Shown: piece by piece, positions 58,672-64,000 of the stretch
Numbering within the stretch: position 1 is the stretch's first letter
How the letters are laid out: each line of letters starts with the position of its first letter
Source of the DNA: a bacterium
GTDB lineage: Bacteria; Krumholzibacteriota; Krumholzibacteriia; LZORAL124-64-63
Direction: 5' to 3'
Assembly: GCA_031441465.1 (NCBI GenBank)
Contig: JANOEP010000011.1
Location: 1 to 64,000, forward strand
Length of the DNA: 64,000 bases
Notes under the pieces: model-generated
The model's database searches: none
What the model was told of the DNA's origin: nothing
The model's input: only the letters and a program-made list of their open reading frames with translations
Program-made: the position numbers and the translations under genes

Positions 58672-60745
58672 CGCTCCCGACCAGCGTGGAGGGAGGCGTC
58701 CGCTGTACCTGCGAATCCTGGCCCGCTACCTGATCGTGTGGGGCGTCTCGGCGGCTTCGCTGGCGCTCGTCGCGCTGCTGTTGCCGGGGATCTGGATCGA
58801 CACGGGTGTGCGCTGGTGGTGGTTGACCGCGGCGATGCTGCCGGTGGAGTTCGGTCTGCTGCTGCTGCTGCTGCGCCCCCTGCTCGTGCTGGCGACCCTG
58901 CCCTTGAACGCGGCCACCCTCGGCCTGCCGACCCTGCTGTTCAACGGTTTGATCCTCTACCTGACGGCCTTGACCTCGCGCGTCGTGAACATCGGCAACC
59001 TCGGCGACGCCTTCCTGGGTCTGGTGGTGATGACCGTGGTGAACGGTGCGGTCACCGGCTGGCTGGGGATCGACGACGTCTACCCGTTCTTCCAGACGAT
59101 CCTGCGCCGGGTCGGCCGCCGCTACGGGCCGCGGGCCCGGCCCGGTCAGGTGCGCGGGTTGCTGATCCTGCAGGTGGACGGGCTGTCGTGGCGCAGTTGC
59201 CGGCGCGCCCTGCGACGCGGCCGCATGCCGACGGTCGCCGCGCTGCGCGCGCTCGGGACGCACCGTCTGCACCGCTGGCACTGCGGCGTGCCCTCCAACA
59301 CGCCGGCCGTGCAGAGCGGCATGTTCTACGGCACGCGGACCCGGCTGCCCGGCTACCGCTGGTACGACCGCCGCCACCGCCGCGTGATGGTCGCCAGCCG
59401 CGCCGAGGACCTGCGCGCGGCCGAGGCCGAGTTCGACTGTGGCGCCGGCCTGCTCGCGGGCGGCTCCTGCATCAACAGCATGATGTCGGGCGGCGCCGCC
59501 AAGCGTCTGATGACCCTCAGCGCGTTGCGTGAGTCGAACGATCACCGCCGGCCCGGCGAGCGCGCCGACTTCTCGCTCTTCTGGCTCAGCCCCTACGCCT
59601 ACACCAGCGCCGTGACGGCCACGCTCTGGGACTTCCTGACGGCTTGTTTCTGGAACGTCCAATCCGGCTACCACCCGCGCAAGCGCGCCGTCCGCCGCAG
59701 CCTCCGCCAGGCCGCGATGCGGGCCGTCGGCAACGCGTTCCTGCGCGAGACGTCCTTCTTCTGGCTGGCGCAGGACGTGGTGCGGGGCGTGCCGGTGATC
59801 TACTCGAACTTCGTCGGCTACGACGAAGTCGCCCACCACGCCGGACCCGACGACGGCGAAGCCCTGGCGACGTTGACCGGCTTCGACCGCAAGCTGCAGA
59901 AGCTGCGCCGTCTGCTGCGCGACGCCGCCCCCATCGGCTACGACGTGGTCGTGCTGGCCGATCACGGGCAGAGCGCGTCGCTGCCCCTGCGCGCGTTCTG
60001 CGGCGAGACCCTCGAGGCGCTGGTCGCGCGCCTCGCCGGCCGCGTCCGGCCCGTGCTGCCGCCCCGGGACAGCGAGGCCGCCTACCTGGGCGCCCTGCTG
60101 GCGGAACTGCGTGACCAGGGACAGGACCGCCGGTCATGGCTGGCGTTCCAGAGCCGGATCACGCTCGAGCGCCTGCGGGACGACGAGCCCGATCACGACG
60201 CCGGCGCCGGTGAGGAGACGTCCCTGGTCGTGTGCGTTTCGGGCGGGCTCGCCCACATCTATCGCGAGGGCGCGCACCGCCCGCTGCGGCTGGCCGAGGT
60301 GTCCTCGCTCTACCCCGGACTGGTGGAAGGTCTCGCGAGCCACGCGGGCATCGGCTTCGTGCTGGCCCGCGATGACGACGGCGCGGCCTTGATGATCGGC
60401 CGCGACGGCGTGCGCAATCTCGACACCGGGGAGTTGCGGGGCGAGTCCGACCCCCTGGCCCCCTACTGGGACGAGCGGCTCTGGGCCGGCGAACTCTCGG
60501 CCCTGTTGTCCCACGCCCACGCCGGGGACCTGATCGTCAACGGGGCCCTGCTGCCGGACCGCCGGGTCGTGGTCTTCGAGGAACAGCTGGGCAGCCATGG
60601 CGGCCTCGGCGGTCCCCAGACCGAGCCGTTCATCCTGCTGCCGACCTCCTGGCACACCCGCCGCGACGACCTGCGCTCCCCCGAAGCCCTGCATGCCCAC
60701 CTGAAGGCGCAGCTGGAGGGCGGGCCCGCCCCCGCGGCGCCCTGA
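58658..60745 (+). CDS. DUF360/holin-like membrane domain fused to alkaline phosphatase superfamily domain (start uncertain)
   Basis: LRPLLVLATLPLNAATLGL, LQVDGLS, SNTPAVQ, YDEVAHH, LADHGQ, GSHGGLGGPQTEPF. Confidence 0.8.
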   Translation: MRPASAPDQRGGRRPLYLRILARYLIVWGVSAASLALVALLLPGIWIDTGVRWWWLTAAMLPVEFGLLLLLLRPLLVLATLPLNAATLGLPTLLFNGLILYLTALTSRVVNIGNLGDAFLGLVVMTVVNGAVTGWLGIDDVYPFFQTILRRVGRRYGPRARPGQVRGLLILQVDGLSWRSCRRALRRGRMPTVAALRALGTHRLHRWHCGVPSNTPAVQSGMFYGTRTRLPGYRWYDRRHRRVMVASRAEDLRAAEAEFDCGAGLLAGGSCINSMMSGGAAKRLMTLSALRESNDHRRPGERADFSLFWLSPYAYTSAVTATLWDFLTACFWNVQSGYHPRKRAVRRSLRQAAMRAVGNAFLRETSFFWLAQDVVRGVPVIYSNFVGYDEVAHHAGPDDGEALATLTGFDRKLQKLRRLLRDAAPIGYDVVVLADHGQSASLPLRAFCGETLEALVARLAGRVRPVLPPRDSEAAYLGALLAELRDQGQDRRSWLAFQSRITLERLRDDEPDHDAGAGEETSLVVCVSGGLAHIYREGAHRPLRLAEVSSLYPGLVEGLASHAGIGFVLARDDDGAALMIGRDGVRNLDTGELRGESDPLAPYWDERLWAGELSALLSHAHAGDLIVNGALLPDRRVVVFEEQLGSHGGLGGPQTEPFILLPTSWHTRRDDLRSPEALHAHLKAQLEGGPAPAAP

Positions 60746-60857
60746 AAGCGGCAGCGGCATGGTTCCGCCGCCGCAGGGGGGGAAGAAATGATCCGGGGGA
60801 GGGGTTTGCTCGAATCTTGCGTTCCGGGTGGCCGTATTCTATATTCCTGCCCGTTGC

Positions 60858-60931
60858 TGCCCGGTCGTTCAATGGTAGGACTGCTGACTCTGGCTCAGTA
60901 TATGGGGGTTCGAATCCTCCCCGGGCAACCA
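60858..60931 (+). tRNA. tRNA-Gln(CTG)
   Basis: TGCCCGG acceptor, GCTGA-CTCTGGC-TCAGT anticodon arm, GGTTCGAATCC, CCA end. Confidence 0.93.
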
Positions 60932-60971
60932 TGGAATACGACGACGGCCCCAGGGCTGTCGGCAGGATCGT

Positions 60972-61047
60972 GCCCCCTTCGTCTAGTGGCCTAGGACGCC
61001 GCCCTCTCACGGCGGTAACACGGGTTCGAGTCCCGTAGGGGGTACCA
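60972..61047 (+). tRNA. tRNA-Glu(CTC)
   Basis: GCCCCCT acceptor, CCGCC-CTCTCAC-GGCGG anticodon arm, GGTTCGAGTCC, CCA end. Confidence 0.94.
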
Positions 61048-61056
61048 TAGCGACGG

Positions 61057-61087
61057 CGAGCCGCCCCAGGGGCGGCTCGTTTTCTTT
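61057..61087 (+). terminator. Intrinsic terminator after the tRNA pair
   Basis: CGAGCCGCCCC-A-GGGGCGGCTCG followed by TTTTCTTT. Confidence 0.8.
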
Positions 61088-61231
61088 GCTACCGCCTCGC
61101 GCCGGGCCTCCCTTGCGGGTCGCCGGGAATGCCGCTAGCTTCTGTCCGCGTTTTGGCACGGGCAGTTCATCGTACGACCGCGATCCCGCCACCCCTGACC
61201 GCCGGATCGCCCAGACCACACAGGAGGCTCC

Positions 61232-61825
61232 ATGTCCCAGTTCATCGGCCAGCAGGCTCCCGACTTCGCCGCCACCGCCGTCATGCCCGACAACAGCGTC
61301 AAGGACGGCTTCAAGCTCAGCGACTACCGCGGCAAGTACGTGGTGCTGTTCTTCTACCCGCTGGACTTCACCTTCGTGTGCCCGACCGAGATCATCGAGT
61401 TCAACCGCAAGCTCAAGGAGTTCGCGGCGCGCGACGCGCAGGTCATCGGCGTGTCCATCGACAGCCAGTTCAGCCACGTCGCGTGGAAGGAGAAGCCGGT
61501 CGAGCAGGGGGGCATCGGCATGATCCAGTACCCGCTGGTCGCCGACCTCACCAAGCAGATCAGCCGCGACTACGGCGTCCTGCTTGAAGACAAGATCGCG
61601 CTGCGCGGCACCTTCCTGATCGACAAGAACGGCGTGATCCAGCACCTGGTGGTCAACAACCTCGGTCTCGGCCGCAACATCGACGAGGTCCTGCGCATGG
61701 TCGACGCGCTGCAGCACCTCGAGAAGCACGGCGAGGTCTGCCCCGCGGGCTGGCACAAGGGCGAGGACGCCATGAGCCCCACCGCGAAGGGCGTCGCCAC
61801 CTACCTGGCGAAGCACGGCAAGTAG
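61232..61825 (+). CDS. ahpC: Typical 2-Cys peroxiredoxin
   Basis: FFYPLDFTFVCPTE, GRNIDE, GEVCPAGW. Confidence 0.93.
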   Translation: MSQFIGQQAPDFAATAVMPDNSVKDGFKLSDYRGKYVVLFFYPLDFTFVCPTEIIEFNRKLKEFAARDAQVIGVSIDSQFSHVAWKEKPVEQGGIGMIQYPLVADLTKQISRDYGVLLEDKIALRGTFLIDKNGVIQHLVVNNLGLGRNIDEVLRMVDALQHLEKHGEVCPAGWHKGEDAMSPTAKGVATYLAKHGK

Positions 61826-61828
61826 CCC

Positions 61829-62770
61829 TTGCCGCCGGCGCGCGACACGCCCGACGGGGTCGGAGGCCGCGCTTCCGACCCCGTTGCGCGTCCGCGGCGG
61901 GCCCTGCTGATCTTCGTCGACGGCCTGGGCTGGGGCGGCGGCGATCCCGCCGTCGACCCCTGCCGCGGCTACGGCGGCACCCTCTTCGACTTCGCCCACA
62001 CCGACGCCGGATGCCGGCCAATCGACGCCTGTCTGGGCGTCGACGGCCTGCCCCAGAGCGCCACCGGCCAGACCACGCTGCTGTGCGGCGTCAACGCCCA
62101 GGCGGCCGTGGGCCGGCACGTGCCGGGCTTCCCCACGGCGCCGCTGCGCGACATCCTGCGCGAGAAGTCGATCTTCGTGCAGTTGCGTGATTCCGGCCGC
62201 GACGGCAGCTTCTTGAATGCCTTCCGTCCGCTCTTCTTCCGCCTGCCGCGCGCGATGCAGGGAAGGCTCTCGGCCACGACGGTCGCCCACCTCGCTGCGG
62301 ACCGGCCCTTCTTCGGTCTGGATGACCTGCGCGCTGGCCGCGCCGTCTACCAGGAGTTCACCAACCGTGAACTGATCGGCAAGGGCTTCGACGTGCCGGA
62401 GTTCACGCCGGAGCAGGCCGGCCGCATCCTGGGCCGCGAAACGCTGCGGCGCGACTTCACCCTCTACGAGTACTTCCAGACCGACCGCGCCGGCCACGCC
62501 CGTGATCGCCCGCGCGCCCACGCCGTCCTGCAAGACCTGGAGACCTTCGTGCGCGCCGCCCTCTCCGAAATCACGGCGCAAGGCTCCAACTCCCAAACCC
62601 TCGTCCTGCTCACCAGCGACCACGGCAACCTCGAAGACCTCTCCACCCGTTCCCACACCCGCAACCCGGTCCCCCTGCTCGCCTGGGGCCCCGGCGCCGC
62701 CGCCCTGCTCGCCCGCTGCACCCGCCTCGACGAAGTCACCCCCGCCCTGCTCTGCCTTCTGCTGAATTGA
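61829..62770 (+). CDS. AlkP-superfamily metalloenzyme (iPGM/phosphopentomutase-like)
   Basis: IFVDGLG, LPQSATGQT, TDRAGH, TSDHGNLED, HTRNPVP; start uncertain. Confidence 0.75.
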   Translation: MPPARDTPDGVGGRASDPVARPRRALLIFVDGLGWGGGDPAVDPCRGYGGTLFDFAHTDAGCRPIDACLGVDGLPQSATGQTTLLCGVNAQAAVGRHVPGFPTAPLRDILREKSIFVQLRDSGRDGSFLNAFRPLFFRLPRAMQGRLSATTVAHLAADRPFFGLDDLRAGRAVYQEFTNRELIGKGFDVPEFTPEQAGRILGRETLRRDFTLYEYFQTDRAGHARDRPRAHAVLQDLETFVRAALSEITAQGSNSQTLVLLTSDHGNLEDLSTRSHTRNPVPLLAWGPGAAALLARCTRLDEVTPALLCLLLN

Positions 62771-62933
62771 GAGGGGTTTCTATCCCGAGGGACGCTCCCC
62801 TTGGTTCCCACCTCGGAGAGACATACAGAGGCCCCGCGCTGCGATTTCCTTCCAGGCATGAGCAGCGCGGGGCCTCTGTATGTCTCTCCGAGGTGCCGAA
62901 CTAGGGGAGCCGTCCCTCGAGATAGAACACCTC
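62771..62933. repeat. Long inverted repeat overlapping the 3' end of the sulfatase-like gene
   Basis: Perfect 34-bp core (62809-62842 and 62862-62895, 19-nt loop) extending imperfectly to about 72-bp arms. Confidence 0.88.
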
Positions 62934-63794
62934 GAAAACCTTTTCATGGAAGATGGGGCCATGCCCGAAGTACCCGTCCTCGCCGAACAGCTCCCCGTGG
63001 TCGGACATCACCATGAAGTAGGTGTTGCGCGGGCAACGCTGCATGAACTCGCCCACGACCCGGTCGAGGTGCTCCACGCAGACGACCTGCTTGTCGTAGA
63101 AGGCGCGGAACTGCGCCGGCGTGAAGAACTCGTCCTCTTTCTTGTCCTGCATGAATTCCGAGGGGTTCTTCAGGAAGTCGTCGAGGTGCTTGAAGACGCC
63201 GTGGACGCCGGAGATGTGCGGCAGGTCGCCGGGCTTCTCGCCGGGCAGCAGGTAGGGGTAGTGCGTCTCGCCGGTGTTGAGGAAGAAGAACGAGGGCCGG
63301 TCGTCGCGGAACTGCAGCTGCTGGAAGATCAGGCTCAGGTCGTTGTGGCTGGGGGCCAGCTCGTACTTGTCGAAGTGCTGGCTCATGCTGGTCATCGGGT
63401 TGAGGACCGGCAGGCTGACCCAGCCCTCGTTCCAGTAGCCGGCCGCCTTCAGGAAGTGCGGCAGTGAGAGCTGGGGCACGAACTTCCCGAATTCCACGTC
63501 GGGCATGTTCAGTCGGTGGCTCCACAGGGCGAACTCCTCGCGGTAGACGTTGCTGGCGAAGACCCCCTTGGGGCTCAGGTGGGGCACCATGCCCATCAGG
63601 AAGGTGTAGTGGCTGGGGCTGGTCCAGCTGGCGTAGCTGTAGCGCGGCTCGGCCGACGCGATGCGGTCGAGGTTGGGCGTGCGGGCCGCCTGGTAGGCGT
63701 CCCAGCGGCAGCTGTCGAAGACGATGAACACCAGGTTGTTGAGCTTGCCGCCGCCGGCGATGAGGCTCTTGACCCTGTCGATGAGGCCGGCCAT
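62901..63794 (-). CDS. Sulfatase-like / AlkP-superfamily metalloenzyme
   Basis: VFIVFDSCRWD, WTSPSH, ETHYPY, MSDHGELFGEDGYFGHG. Confidence 0.8.
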   Translation of the reverse strand: MAGLIDRVKSLIAGGGKLNNLVFIVFDSCRWDAYQAARTPNLDRIASAEPRYSYASWTSPSHYTFLMGMVPHLSPKGVFASNVYREEFALWSHRLNMPDVEFGKFVPQLSLPHFLKAAGYWNEGWVSLPVLNPMTSMSQHFDKYELAPSHNDLSLIFQQLQFRDDRPSFFFLNTGETHYPYLLPGEKPGDLPHISGVHGVFKHLDDFLKNPSEFMQDKKEDEFFTPAQFRAFYDKQVVCVEHLDRVVGEFMQRCPRNTYFMVMSDHGELFGEDGYFGHGPIFHEKVFEVFYLEGRLP

Positions 63795-63914
63795 GCGCGC
63801 TTCCTCCCGGTCGCAGAGGGGGGGATCCCGTCGCGCACATGATCAGCGTTCCCGACAGCGCGGTCAAGGCCGTCGCCCCGACCGCGATCTGCGCTCTCCT
63901 GCCGGAACCTCAGC

Positions 63915-64000
63915 TCACAGAGCCGCGTCGAGAGCCTGGGCCAGTTCGGCTTTGGGCCGCATCCCCACCAGGGAGGCCACGGGTTTGCCGCCCTTGAAGA
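63915..64000 (-). CDS. Thioredoxin, C-terminal fragment (partial)
   Basis: Reads FKGGKPVASLVGMRPKAELAQALDAAL*, a typical thioredoxin C-terminus; the CxxC would lie outside the window. Confidence 0.6.
   Translation of the reverse strand, partial: FKGGKPVASLVGMRPKAELAQALDAAL

Noticed and set aside
58658..59100. Phage holin indicating a prophage
   Set aside because: The DUF360-like domain is fused to an AlkP domain, a known chromosomal architecture; no endolysin is present.
60858..61087. tRNA genes as integration sites
   Set aside because: No duplicated tRNA 3' end or integrase was seen in the window.

Overview
GC-rich bacterial chromosome segment. Two secreted proteins with FlgD-Ig/'PNPFNP' tails suggest an FCB-group lineage such as Ca. 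Krumholzibacteriota or Latescibacterota (inference only). Positions 141-9432 form a visibly lower-GC island carrying a complete type I-E CRISPR-Cas operon (cas3-cas8e-cas11-cas7-cas5-cas6e-cas1-cas2, minus strand) and a divergent stand-alone DEDDh exonuclease. The array shows only one full repeat, one spacer and a half repeat, because the second repeat is cut near its hairpin centre by what looks like an IS21-family terminus (1-140). The rest is mostly core genome: udk-hpt-guaB-MFS-crcB, queG, queF, cdaA-folP-ftsH-tilS-tRNA(CAT), a MacAB-like exporter, gltX, tRNA-Gln, tRNA-Glu and a peroxiredoxin. Accessory items of note are a promoter-structured RNA-terminator-NYN RNase cassette (frameshifted), a SatD gene, a multiheme cytochrome with an FlgD-Ig tail, a CDC-like cytolysin lipoprotein, a GTDC1/QTMAN-like glycosyltransferase, an alkaline-phosphatase-superfamily operon with an EMC3/TMCO1(DUF106)-like membrane protein, and three long inverted-repeat elements. 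All calls come from motif recognition by eye; no database searches were run.
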